From: Octopus vulgaris
Taxonomy: Eukaryota
Direction of reading: 5' to 3'
Assembly (NCBI GenBank): GCA_951406725.2
Contig: OX597827.1
Span: 16,802,001-16,866,000, forward strand
Length of the DNA: 64,000 bases
Shown: positions 27,061-40,620 of the stretch, in pieces
Numbering within the stretch: the first letter of the stretch is position 1
Layout: each line of letters begins with the position of its first letter
Notes under the pieces: generated by a model
The model's input: only the letters and a program-made list of their open reading frames with translations
What the model was told of the DNA's origin: nothing
Databases searched by the model: none
Translations under genes and position numbers: made by a program

Positions 27061-27120
<60 letters not shown>

Positions 27121-27134
27121 CACACACACACACA

Positions 27135-27338
27135 TGTGACCTCGTGTGTAGCGTTGGCGATTTTTTTCCCTCTGTCTTCCCTTCTCTGGATCTTTCCTTC
27201 TCCTATGTTTCCGACGAAGAGCTCCGCTCGAGACGTTAAACCTTCCTTCTTTCCTTCTTTCCTGAGCATCCGATAATACTATATTTGTTCCATGTCCTCG
27301 CGTTGTTTTTTTTTGTGCTTTCTTGTTTGGATTAACTT
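27135..27338 (+). mobile_element. Short microsatellite-embedded element, family P1, with a decayed hammerhead motif at 27207-27241
   Basis: GUUU-CCGACGA-A-GAGC(UCC)GCUC-GAGAC-GUU-AAAC; homologues at 14830 and 58410. Confidence 0.75.
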
Positions 27339-27405
<67 letters not shown>

Positions 27406-27419
27406 ACACACATATTTCT

Positions 27420-27580
27420 ATACGACTGGCGCTTCTTTCAGTTTCTGATACCCAAGCCCATTTACAAGGCTCGGTCGGTCCGGTGCCGTTATTGACGATA
27501 CTTGCTCAAAGTGCCACGCAGAGGGACTGAACCTAAGACCCTAAAGTTGGAAAGCGAGCAATCTTCGTGATCACACAGTC
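27420..27580 (-). mobile_element. Old SINE-E head fragment
   Basis: Similar to 41258-41420. Confidence 0.7.
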
Positions 27581-28271
27581 TAGCTTTCGTTTAATTGTTT
27601 AAGAAAAAGTGCTACGAGGACGTGTTACTTAGCAACTCACACTTAAAAATAAATATGCAAATACATCTTACCATAACCACACATGCACACACACACACAC
27701 ATACACACACACACGTACATACACACATACACACTGAAATACACAAAGGCACGCGCAAACTCTGTTAGGACAGACAGGGACAGGTGGAAGAAGACGTATA
27801 TATCTTGATCTCGTTTAATTAATAATTCATAAGTGAAATAATATATTCTAGATAAATTCTTCTAATATCAATTTCATTGACAACAGACATATGACCATAT
27901 ATGGCAGTAAAAGAAATACTTCATTGAGATTTATGATTTATTTCTGCCTTTAAAGATCTATCGACAGAAAGATTGAGAAGCAATAGTAATGCTAGTGATG
28001 CTGGTGGTAATGGTAGTGGTGGTGGTGGTGTTGGAGGTTGTCAAGGGTGGCGATGTCTTGGCATTTGCGTGGTGCAGGATGCTTGTTTATAATGTCATTA
28101 AGATTTAAGTCTATATAAATGCATATACATACACACATAACATATACAAGCACACACATACACACGCAAACGCACACGCACACACTATATAGTTATACCT
28201 ATCTCTATACTGTATGTATATTTATGCGTGTATATGTATAAATTGCTATGTACGTGAAAATACATACATAC

Positions 28272-28379
<108 letters not shown>

Positions 28380-28461
28380 GTGTTTATATATATATATATA
28401 TAGACATACATATATGTGTATATATATATATCAGTGTATATATATATGTATATATACGCAT

Positions 28462-28492
<31 letters not shown>

Positions 28493-28572
28493 CATGAAAA
28501 TACATACATACATATACATATATATATGTATATGCACACATTCATAAATCTATCTATACATATGTATGTATG

Positions 28573-28625
<53 letters not shown>

Positions 28626-28672
28626 ATTTCCCTATCTATATAGCCATTTCTCTAACTATATATATATATATA

Positions 28673-28775
<103 letters not shown>

Positions 28776-29573
28776 GTATATGTATATAGAATTTTTATTG
28801 TAATTATTAAGGCTGTTGCATCAGCGAAAAGTGGATCTTTGGTTAAGATTGTTCCACACTGATGGCAATAGCGATTGTTAATTTCACTGGCAGCCGTCCT
28901 TTAATGTAGTTAACTATGCGAGTAAAATCGAATTACTTTTCTTATGCTATAAAATGAAGACTTTCTAAGTAAAAGGTGTGAATCAGTTCAACCGACCATA
29001 CACTGTCTCCTGCTCTCTTTATGTATGTGTGCTTGCTTATTAGTATGCATGTGCGGATGTATGTATATATATATGGGTGTGTAGCTGTGTTTACACATAA
29101 TAGAATATGATATAATGCATCATCATATATATATCTACATATATATATATACATATATCTGTGTGTGTATTTATGCGTGTGTGTACATGTACATAACCAC
29201 TCACAAGGCAGTAACGAATGTATATAATAATGCTAATATATTCATGCATACGAACACCCATGTACATGTATATTAGGAATCATAAACACATTCACACTCA
29301 GATACACACACACACATATACACACAAACATACACATACACACATATCCACACACACCCGCACAACACAACGTGTTATATTCTTGCCTATAAATTATATA
29401 TGTATGTGCACATACATATATGCATATACATATATCATATATACAGACGTGTATAATCTGTATTTGTATAACTATGTATATATATATATATATATATCTA
29501 CATATATATATATACATATATATATATATGTTTGTGGGGGGGGGGTGTATGTATATAGATATGTATACATATC

Positions 29574-29795
29574 GCGGTGAGCTGGTAGAAACGTTAGCAC
29601 GCCGGGCGAAATTCGTAGCCGTATTTCGTCTGTTCCGAGTTCAAATTCCGCCGAGGTCGACTTTGCCTTTCATCCTTTCGGTGTCGATAAATTAAGTACC
29701 AGTTACGCACTGGGGTCGATGTAATCGACTTAATCCCTTTGTCTGTCCTTGTTTGTCCCCTCTGTGTTTAGCCCCTTGTGGGTAGTAAAGAAATA
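29574..29795 (+). mobile_element. SINE-A monomer
   Basis: GAGCTGGTAGAAACGTTAGC...GAGTTCAAATTCC...AAAGAAATA. Confidence 0.92.
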
Positions 29796-30389
29796 TATAT
29801 ATATCATATTATACTATATGATATTACATTATATTATTTTATATGCATATATATATGCATGAATGTGTATATATACACGTACAAATAATATTATTGCCAA
29901 GTAAATCCCTTAATTTCATTCGCAGATTATTCACACACTCTAAATGTATCATTAATTATTTAGTTGGCACTATTTCACCGAAACTCTCTAGTATCTTAGC
30001 TACTTAGGAAATATCGCATTAACACTATCTGTATTACAACGAGAAATTAACTAAAAGCCAGTACACAGATACGGTTTATTATATTATACGCATAACAGAA
30101 ATAAAAGACACATCTACTTTTATAACCCAAGATTTGGAAGAAGTTATTTCATTGGCTAAATTATTCTTTCCACCCAACACTACCTAACACATGTACTACG
30201 ATATCTTGAACAAAAACAGTGTTCAGCTATACTTTCTACTACACCGAATCTGGTTCAAATTATAGTTTCTTGTAAGGTAAAATAATCCAAAATATCATAT
30301 ACATCCTACCAAAAGTTTTTACTATCCTAAAAAAAATTGCTTTACAGCAAGAATACTGTGTGTGTATACTCTTCTGCTGCACCGAATTT

Positions 30390-30818
30390 GGATCTTTTCG
30401 GTTTGAACGGCAGTCTTTTCTAGCGGTGTCATATGAAATTGCCACCCATAATTATGACCCTAGAATCGATCTATTGCATTTCAATCTCTTTTAGGGTTAG
30501 GGTTAGTTAGGGTTTGGGTTAGGGTCAGGGGTGGGGAGAAGGGTATCTTTTTTTCTTCACAAATGTAAATAAACCCAATCTGTTTCTTAATCGAGGGACA
30601 TATTCATACGGCACAGAATGCTTTTTAACTCAATAGACGTTGAAATTGCAGAAATTGAAGAAAAAGAAACAACAAATATCTTACAAACTATAGAATTTTC
30701 TCAATAAAGCCAAGAGAAAAAGATGTTTTATAAAGACATTCTACCAGTATACGAGGTTTAAAATATTTTAGTTACCTAGAAATTATGTTAAAAACTGCCG
30801 TTCAAACCGAAAAGATCC
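30390..30818. mobile_element. Merlin-like MITE with internal TTAGGG repeats, copy 2
   Basis: Perfect 24-bp TIR GGATCTTTTCGGTTTGAACGGCAG; perfect 8-bp TSD CCGAATTT. Confidence 0.9.
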
Positions 30819-31924
30819 CCGAATTTAGTACAAATTATTTGTTTTAATCAGATAAAGTAAACAGAAATTCTGAAAATCACTTTACTATTTGCAACTGTAA
30901 TAATTCTAAAAAAGTGTCCACTGTAATCCATATGTCTTGTAAATAACGTCGCGTATAAATGTACAGTCCTAATATCGCGTATTGATGATATATAAGCCAT
31001 ACAACTAATAACTGAAACTAAGATACACCTCACTTACGAATTCTTTTCGTTGCTTTCATAGATCCAAGGTACCTCCTTATGGGTTTGAATTTATGGGAAG
31101 TAGTATACCTTAACTTTGCAACTGAAATAGCCTCTTTTAAAAATAGGCAATCGCATTGCTGTAACAAGTCTTATAAATTACTTTCCACTAAGCTCTCTGA
31201 AATTCTTTTCTGTAAGAGATTTTTACTACATAGAAAGTCTGTAGATATCCTTTTAGAATTACAAGAATCTAAAAGCATTCTTAAATTCCCATTTCGCTAG
31301 TATTACTGACCTTTTGCTATCCTTACGTATATTTAAACCTCTATAGAAGAATGCTACTACAAAAACCTGTTTTTTTTTAAAATCTGGGTTCTAAACGCAA
31401 TTCAGTTAGATCTAACTGACGTTTAAGATTGCCTCTTAACTCGATCCATACATACTGTGAGTACAATGCATAACAAAAGACTTATTATTGCTCTTTGTAC
31501 TGCACTTTACATTTCACTACATATTTACTTTCAAATTTTTCCATTTCCTACTCAATACATTTCCCATATAGCTATCATGTAGTGGTACTTACGAAAATGT
31601 ATTCCTAAGAACCATCATCTTCATACACTCTGTTATGCTCAAACGCAGCTCCTTCTTTCTATAAAGCAATTTCCCTTGTTCTAGTTTGTTGAATTTACTT
31701 ATTTTTGATGTTTAATTTTGTTCATCAGTTTTTTAATTGGTAAATCACACTTTGATTGTATCTTTTCAATCTGCTTTTTATGTTATTATGTTACTACTTT
31801 TACACGTTGAGACACCGTTTATAAAAGTTATACTATGTAGGTATTTTTTACAATGTTATAACAACCAGTTTATAAAATAAGACTATGTTGCTTTTTATGA
31901 AAGTAGGGCAAATATAATACCTTT

Positions 31925-33027
31925 TTGCTTTCACTTGTTTGTCCTTGGGGGTGACCATGCTGGAGCATCGCCTTGGAGGTTTTTTTTGTCGAACAGATCG
32001 TCCCCAGTTTCAATAATTATTTTAAAAGTCTCGTACTTATTGACCGAATCACTACGTTAGGGGGGATGAAAACGAGCCAACGCCGGTTATCAGAGGGTGG
32101 AGGTTAAAAACAAGCACAAAGACACATACAGGTATACTGACGCAGACACACTCACACACACATACAAACACACACACATACACACACACTCACATACACA
32201 CATAAACATACAAAAGCACACACACTCAGATATACACGCACAGATACATACGCACACACATACACAAACATACACATACACACTTATATATGAAGGATTA
32301 CTGCACGGCTTTCGTCTACAAAATTCACTCAAAAGGCACTGGTCGAGCGGGAGCTATAGCAGGAGACACTTACTCAAGGTGCCGCGTAGTGGGACTGAAC
32401 ACGAAACCACGATGGTTGAAAAACGAGCTTGGAAACTTCACATCCCTGTCTAGGTCTCTCTTTTACTCTTTTACTTGTTTCAGTCATTTGACTGCGGCCA
32501 TGCTGGAGCACCGCCTTTAGTCGAGCAAATCGACCCCGGGACTTATTCTTTGTAAGCCCAGTACTTATTCTATCGGTCTCTTTGCCGAACCGCTAAGTGA
32601 CGGGGACGTAAACACACCAGCATCGGTTGTCAAGCAATGCTAGGGGGACAAACACAGACACACAAACATATACACACACACTTATATACATATACATATA
32701 TACGACAGGCTTCTATCAGTTTCCGTCTACCAAATCCACTCACAAGGCATTGGTCGGCCCGGGGCTATAGCAGAAGACACTTGCCCATGGTGCCAAGATA
32801 ATATTTTTACTTTTATTTCTTTTTACTTGTTTCAGTTATTAGACTGCGGCCATGCTGGAGTGTCGCGTTGAACAATTTTAGTTGAACGAATCGATCTCAG
32901 TATTCATGTTTTTTTTAAAAAGCCTTGTATTTATTTTATCGCCTCTTTTACCGAACCACTAAGTTAGGAAACGTTGACGCACTGACACCGGTTGTGAATC
33001 AGCGGTGGGGAACAAATACAAACACAG

Positions 33028-33095
<68 letters not shown>

Positions 33096-34085
33096 ACACA
33101 CACTCACGTATATATGCGACGAGTTTTTTCTTCTGCTTCTTATTTCTTTATTGCACACAAGGTGCTAGACATAGAGGAGACAAACAAGGACAGACAAAGG
33201 GATTACGTCGGTTGCATCGACCCCAGTGCGTAACTGGTACTTATTTAATCGACCTCGAAAGGATGAAAGGCAAGACGACCTCGGCGGAATTTGAACTCAG
33301 AACGTAAAAACAAGCGAAATACCTATTTCTTTACTACCCACAAGTTGCTAAACACAGAGGGGACAAACAAGGACAGACAAACGGATTAAAACGATTATAT
33401 CGACCTCAGTGCGTAACTGGTACTTATTTAATCGACCCCTAAAGGATGAAAGTCAAAGTCGACCTCGGCGGAATTTGAACTCAGAACGTAACAGCAGACG
33501 AAATATCTATTTCTTTACTACCCACAAGGGGCTAAACACAGAGGGGACAAACAAGGACAGACAAATGGATTAAGTCAATTATATCGACCCAAGTGCGTAA
33601 CTGGTACTTGATTTATCGACTCCGAAAGGATAAAAAGCAAAGTCAACCTCGGTGGAATTTGAACTCAGAACGTAGCAGCAGACGCAGTACCTATTCCTTT
33701 ACTACCTACAAAGGGCTAAACACAGAAGAGACAAACAAGGACAGACAAAGGGATTAAGTCGATTACATCGAACCCAGTGCGTAACTGGTACTTAATTTAA
33801 TCGACCCCGAAAGGATGAAAGGCAAAGTCGACCTCGGCGGAATTTGAACTCAGAACGTAACGGCAGACGAAATACCGCTAAGCATTTCGCTCGGCATGCT
33901 AACGTTTCTACCAACTCGCCGCCTTTTTCCCTCTGTTTCTGTCTACCAAATCCACTCACAAGGTTTTGTTCGGCCCGTGGCTATAGTAGAAGACATTTGC
34001 CCATTGTTCCATTCCACGCAGCAGGACTGCACACGAAACCGCGTGGTTGAAAAGCAAGCTTCTAAGCTGCACAGCCTTGCCTACA
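31925..34085 (-). mobile_element. Three adjacent SINE-E copies (~31925-32450, 32455-32795, 32807-34085); the last is split by a SINE-A tetramer
   Basis: Shared tail TTTTACTTGTTTCAGTCATTTGACTGCGGCCATGCTGGAGCACC and internal CA tract. Confidence 0.85.
33141..33923 (-). mobile_element. SINE-A tetramer (one full unit and three headless units)
   Basis: ~184-bp period; junction consensus GAAATACC|TATTTCTTT. Confidence 0.92.
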
Positions 34086-35439
34086 TAATATATTACTATT
34101 CTTAGCTATTTTTTTTTCTACAATCTGTTAATGAGTGCAGAGTTATGCTGCATCTTCTTCCTACTGTTTATCATCAGTAAACCATCTTTTGCCGAATCCC
34201 ATTCTATTCAATTTTAATCTAACGGCTGCAAAGCATAATCTTGTTTCCTTACCACTATCTTCGCCTTATTTGCACAACACACCTGAAATATACTGGAGAC
34301 CCTGCTTATTTACATTATACTTTGCTTCATTACAAACATTTTATTTGGCTACAGGTAAAGCAATTTTAGATTCTTATTCAATTATTAACAAGAGACTGCA
34401 TTACTATTTAGAAATACTTAGGTTTCTTGCACTCTAGTGCAACAATTAATCTTGTCTTCATTTAATAATTCTGAAACTTCTCGTACACACAATCTTATAT
34501 CCATTAGGATATTTGCTGACCTCCCATCGTTATAGAATTTTACCTCCTTCCTTAGTATTTACTAACTAGTTTACTACTCCCAAGGCGAAACCGCATCATT
34601 TTAAACAGTTCTTTGGATCAATAAATATTTCACTTCAGTTATCGACAGCGCGCAAATCCGTTAGGGTTTCCGTTCAAATTATAATCTGCAATATTATATT
34701 GGAATTCCGTATTGTGAATACATTCTCTCTAGTTTCCAAATAATTTCTTTGTTTCCCCGCTAAACATTTCTTTGCTGTTTAGCGATTCTAACGTGACTTT
34801 TGAATAACAGAAACTTTTCTCAATGTTCGCCGGCCAATTTTCTCTAAAATTCAGTTGTTTTTATTCTTAACACGACCGGTAGTATAATAATAATAATATT
34901 CCCCGCATACCTGCTCCATTACGCAATATTCCAGTTAACTATTTTTATTTTGATTCTTTCAAATCCCACCGCTACACACTGCTTTGTAAATGTATGCAAA
35001 AAACCTCATCTTCTTGCGCTAAAGAAAATCTCATTTTTTTTTGCCCTTTTTTCTTGTATAAAACTAGATAATTTGTCTTATTTATATTTTATTCACGTAA
35101 CTTCTCTAAACCTTAAATATACCTTTACCTAAATACTACAGCTCTTCACTCTTTCGCCTTACTTTGAGTTTAATTCGTAGCTTTATTCGTTCGGCTCTGA
35201 CCACCGTTTAACATTTTGCCGTCACACACACACACGTACACACACGTACACACGCATACACGCACACATACATACACACGCACGCATACACACACACACA
35301 CGGACACATGCACACACATACACACACGCACCCACATACAGATGCACGCATACACACACGCACATACACTCATTCACACACACACACAAAACGAAACAAT
35401 GTAAAGTCAAAGCCTTACTGCAAGTATGACTTTGCAAAG

Positions 35440-36100
35440 TGGTCAAGAAGATGGATTTGAAACCACATGGGTTTCGGGTTCAATCAACTGTGCAGCATTT
35501 GTATGTCTGTATAGTCCCGGGCCTACCAAAGCCTTGTGAGTCACTTCGGTAGACGGAAACTGTATGGAAGGCCATCGAATACATGTGTGTGTGTGTATGT
35601 TCGTGTCTTTATGTTTATGTTGCCCTACATCACAACCGGTATTTTGTTTTGTTTACGTTCCCGTCACTTAGTGGTTCGTGAAGGCACATGGCCTAGTGGT
35701 TAGAGCAGCGGACTCGCGGTCGAGGGATCGCGGGTACGAATCTCAGACCGGGCGATGTGTGTATTTATGAGTGACACACCTAAGCTCCACGCGGCTCCGG
35801 CAAAAGGTAGTGGCGAACTTCTGCTGACTCTTTCGCCACAACTTTCTCTCACTCTTTCCTCCAGCATCTTGCAGCTCACCTGTGATGGACCGGCGTCCCA
35901 TCCAGGTGGGGAACCTATATGACAAGGAAACCGGGAAACTGGCCCTTATGAGCCAGGCATGGTTCGTTAAGGAACAAACAACTTAGTGGTTCGGCAAAAG
36001 CACTGATAAAATAAGTATTAATATCGCATGTTCGACCAAACTCTTGAAGGCAGATCCCCAGCATTGTCCCAGTCCAATGACCGAAAGAAGTAAAAGATAA
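35440..36100 (+). mobile_element. Old SINE-E interrupted by SINE-F
   Basis: E head and tail pieces flank 35679-35980. Confidence 0.75.
35679..35980 (+). mobile_element. SINE-F
   Basis: Box A TGGCCTAGTGG; 13-bp TSD ACTTAGTGGTTCG. Confidence 0.92.
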
Positions 36101-36298
36101 AATATTTCTATGCAGTCTTTCAACTACAAGAAATTAGATTATGCCTTTCTAGTTCCCCAATCCTTGCCTTCCACAACGAACCTAACAATCGATGGATATA
36201 AACAGTTATTATTTGAATTGCCAATACCTCGTACTATGACAGATTCGATCCATTCCCATTGATAGTTTACTACCGAAAATGGCTTGAAAATCATAACA

Positions 36299-36784
36299 TG
36301 CCGGCGGGAAATAACATCATTAGGTGAGACAAGCTGACACTGAATCAGCTTCGCTGACTGACAGGTGACGGTCGTTTAGAGAATGCGCGGGCTAAAATAA
36401 AAACTACGCGCCTTCACTAGTCAGTTAAGGTGAGACAGTGTCACGTGATAACTTGTTGGGCTGCCTGCTGGAGCCTAACGGCAGGTATTTAAAGGGGAAA
36501 AATTTGCCAAGTCAGTCAGTCACCGGCTGACACTCGCTCACGATACATCGAAGAGGCCAGGGAACAGAAGAAAGAAGAAGAAAGAAGACATGCACCCAAC
36601 ACCAGAGCTGAAGACACCCCCGAAAGGCGGGGGCACGTCAAAACGGTGGAGGAGTAGGGGCCGAAACCGGATGTGGTTCCTCCTGATGATGTCTTGAGCT
36701 AACTGGATCATATAAAGGAGCTGTTGTGGTAGCAGACCACGAAACACGGTTGTAATTCCTCCTATTTGCCCCAACTATGGTACA
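36299..36784 (+). mobile_element. GC-rich LTR-like segment of unknown class
   Basis: TG...CA ends, TATTTAAA followed ~25 nt later by TCAGTCAGT; no TSD found. Confidence 0.35.
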
Positions 36785-37036
36785 TTTCTTCACCTTAATA
36801 TTCGCCTTCTATCAACCCTATGTTTTCCACCTTCTTTCTCATTCCTCACCACCTTCCCTCTTATTTCTGTTTAATCGTTTAGTTACATTTTTTCTGATAA
36901 GTGATCTTCACCGATTATTTTTGTGTTAACACTCATACAAAGAACAATGCTTTACAGTGCATTTCGTACACCTGTTACACCTGTATCTTACCATTGTTAG
37001 GTATTACGTCATTAATAATAATGATAATAATAATAA

Positions 37037-37360
37037 GCCGTGTGTTGAAAGGAATTCTTGGCGGTTTGGATAATTCACCTCTGGAAAAATGGGTGTTTCG
37101 TTCAACATCCTTAAACAATCCTTATTCAGGAATCTTTTGAGCAGGATAGACTACTCGACCAGAAGAAAATTCTAACTGGGCCCCACCTGCAAGGTCATGC
37201 GCTGTTTATCTTGATATGAGATCACCATGTCGCGCACATATGGTTGTGATGCATGTGCCTGGTGTACCCTTATCAGACGGGTAGTCATGATGTGTATACT
37301 TGGCTTCGTATATCTTACCCCAGTGTCACTGTGATGGCATGTACTGCTCTCTCTCACTTC
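37037..37360 (+). mobile_element. 5'-truncated copy of the AAT-associated retroposon
   Basis: Matches ~22363-22656; AAT on both sides. Confidence 0.85.
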
Positions 37361-37440
<80 letters not shown>

Positions 37441-37444
<4 letters not shown>

Positions 37445-37806
37445 CTTTATTCTTTTACTGGCCACAAGGGCTCATATAAAATAACATTAAAAGACATGTA
37501 ACAACATTAAAGTAAAACACAGGGTGATACAATGGGTTTTACCGTGTATACACAATATAATAACAATAAAAATTAAACAAGATAAAACTCCCAATAGGGG
37601 AGGTACTTTAAGGACCTCGTGAGAAAACCCAGAAAAGCCACGGGTGCCTGAACAACAGGACAAGTGCCCTTCTCCTTTAGTTTACAGGTGCACGTTCAGA
37701 AGTGGTCCTTTCACACTGGCCATTCTTTCAACATTCACCCACCTTTCAGCAAACTTGCTAGAAGGCAACACTTCCTTCTCCACCCTCAACTTCCTTTTCA
37801 AGTGAT
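37441..37806 (-). mobile_element. Probable L1/Tx1-type LINE 3' end
   Basis: Minus frame ends HLKRKLRVEKEVLPSSKFAERW...LLNVHL*, followed by a UTR with AATAAA; clade assignment tentative. Confidence 0.45.
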
Positions 37807-38470
37807 ATCAGATTGGAGTTCGGACTGAAAAAGTGTGATGTGTTAGTCTAGAAGAGAGGCAAAATAAAATTTATGGACGGGCTAGCGATACCGTCGAAGG
37901 AAGTTATGAAGCAAATAGAAGAGACGGGCCATAATTATATGGGGATATTGAAAATGGATAAATTGATGGAGAAAGAAATCACAGAAAAACGTAAGTCTAC
38001 TTGTGCAGACTGAGATTGATACTTAAGTCGAAATTAAACGGACGGAATAAAACTGAAGCTATAAACACATGGGCGGTTTCACTTCTTAGATGTAAAGCAG
38101 GGGTAATCGCACGGACAGAAGATAAATTAAATAGCTTAGACAGAAAGACAAGGAACTTGCTGACTAGATATTGGTCACTCCACCCAAAAAGTGACACAGA
38201 CAGACTGTATGTACCAAGAAAAAGAGTGGAAGAGTACAGATTGGATGCGAACACAGCATTAGAGCGGAAGAAAACAACAAAGCATGGTATGAACCGCTAT
38301 TATTGGAAGTAAGAAGATCAGGCTTATGTAGGATGGAAAACTGCGAAGATAAAACACTGTACAAAGACTTGAGAATGAATGAAATTGAAAATAGGTGGAT
38401 AAAGAAAAGAATGCATGGGCAATTTAATAGGGATGTTAAGATAAGACGTAAGAGTGAAAAGATGGCTATG
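37805..38470 (+). mobile_element. Degraded R4/Dong-like RT fragment
   Basis: DIRLEFGLKKC, RLRLILKSKLNGRNKTEAINTWAVS, LHPKSDTDRLYVPRK, RMHGQF. Confidence 0.85.
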
Positions 38471-38489
38471 GATGAGCCATCCATAGCCA

Positions 38490-38656
38490 TCTACTATAGG
38501 CACAGGCCTGAAAGTTGGGGGAGAGGTTAAGACGATTACATCGACCCTAGTACCCAACCGGTACTTAATTTATCGAACTCGAAACGATGAATGGCAAAGT
38601 CAACCTCGGCGGAATTTGAAATCAGAACGTAGCGACGGACGAAATGTCACTAAGCA
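38490..38656 (-). mobile_element. Truncated SINE-A2
   Basis: A-family core. Confidence 0.75.
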
Positions 38657-39079
38657 GTATGTATGTATGTATGTATGTATGTATGTATGTATGTATGTAT
38701 GTATGTATGTATGTGTCTGTGTCTGTGCATTTGCATACGCGCGCTCTCAGACACACACACACATGCACATTCAAAATAGAGTTTTCCCAATTCGCTGCTC
38801 AGACATCTTGTTGCTCGAGTAACGAGTAACATTGAGGCATTTTGTCGAAAGAAACATCGCACGGAGAGAGTGTTCACAAGGTTATGCTCATAGTTTTAAC
38901 TGCATTTTCAATGAGGTAACTGAGAAATTTGAGTTTTCGTTGGATATTTTGCAAGGTGATTTACTGACCGTTGCTCTGTACGGATAGCGAACTTTGATTT
39001 GGGTCTATTATTATTTTTAAATTTATTTCTTTGAAGGTGGTAATTGGGGGATTTCCTTAAATTATTTATTCATTAACAG

Positions 39080-39464
39080 TGGAGGCGCAATGGCCCAGTG
39101 ATTAGGGCAGCGGACTCGCGGTCATAGGATCGCGGTTTCGATTCCCAGACCAGGCGTTGTGAGTGTTTATTGAGCGAAAACACCTAAAAGCTCCACGATG
39201 CTCCGGCAGGGGATGGTGGTGATCCCTGCTGTACTCTTTCACCACAACTTTCTCTCACTCTTACTTCATGTTTCTGTTGTACCTATATTTCAAGGGGCCG
39301 GCCTTGTCACTCTCTGTGTCACGCTGAATATCCCCGAGAACTACGTTAAGGGTGTACGTGTCTGTGGAGTGCTCAGCCACTTACACGTTAATTTCCCGCG
39401 CAGGCTGTTCCGTTGATTCGGATCAACCGGAACCCTCATCGTCGTAACCGACGGAGTGCTTCCA
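39080..39464 (+). mobile_element. tRNA-derived SINE-G, full length
   Basis: Box A/B-like head related to SINE-F; near-identical inverted copy at 49669-50052. Confidence 0.92.
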
Positions 39465-40557
39465 AATTATTTATTAACTGTCCATGGTTTTCGACATTAT
39501 AACCTAATCGTCACGATACATGACATATTGCAAGTTGCTGAGTATTTTTGTGTACAATTGTGTAATATGTCTCTACATGTCACAGATATCAAACATGATG
39601 CTTAGATGAGCCTTTGCTTCCTGTTCACAGTTCACAATGAACTCGTCTGTCGTGATGAAGAACGAAAACAATAATAAACTCTAAATACACCGAATTTAAT
39701 CGCGTATCCGGAATACTAACAAACAATACCCAACTAAAGATACAGGAAGCAGAAAATATGCGATATTCATATACCCTGATATAAACTGCACCCAGAGATA
39801 AAAATCAGTTTATTGCAAATTCATAAATCGTCTGTCTTTTCGTTAATTTTCAGATATTTGTGCATTCTTCGGCTCACCACAAGAGTCCTCTCAAGAATTC
39901 CTCAAAAGAAATTTCATATAAATGTTTCATAAAAAAAAATTTCTTTAGAAAATCTTATCTGTAGAATTTGTTATATAGAGACGTTTGTATTTCGAAGTTG
40001 TGGTTTTTGTTGTAAGAAACTTGTTCTGCGACGCGTTGTTGAAACCAAAACCACTATATCATGAAGCTGCGACTGATTAACACACACAAATCTGTTGAAT
40101 TTAAACTAAATTTAAATTTCTTGTATGATATGTCGAAATTTCCCTCGTATAACAGAGACCCAATCACTGGAATATTTCCAAATATGATATCAATGGATAC
40201 AACATTAAATGAATTAAAATTTTAAAGTAAGTTTAACAGATTCCTGCATTATCAAATTATTCATCCTCGATGCTGAAACTTCCATAAATTTTATTAATTT
40301 TTTGATATATTGTTACACATTATGGCAGATTTTGTATGGCTGTATGTGAAACCAGTAATTTCTATCAAGTTATTTCCAACGTTACTAAGGCAGAAACAAT
40401 TGAAAGATGCACATACGAAAGAATGTCAGATAGTGTTTCACACAAACTGAACAGTCAATAAACATTTTGCATTGCCTCACGTTATTGAATAACTTTTCCC
40501 GCTTAATTGCATTTCACACAAGTGTGGAATTCCATCTAATACATTTACAGATTCAAA

Positions 40558-40620
<63 letters not shown>

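Larger units (their letters stand above)
26561..27066. mobile_element. Inverted pair of hammerhead-bearing Penelope-like termini (family P3)
   Basis: 178-bp arms 26619-26796 and 26889-27066 with 2 mismatches; bounded by (TA)n. Confidence 0.8.

Noticed and set aside
33141-33923. Hammerhead-containing retrozyme array
   Set aside because: I found no CUGANGA/GAAA core with proper stems in the SINE-A unit on either strand.
34135-34437. 100-aa ORF in non-repetitive AT-rich DNA
   Set aside because: GTG start and no recognisable domain; length compatible with chance.
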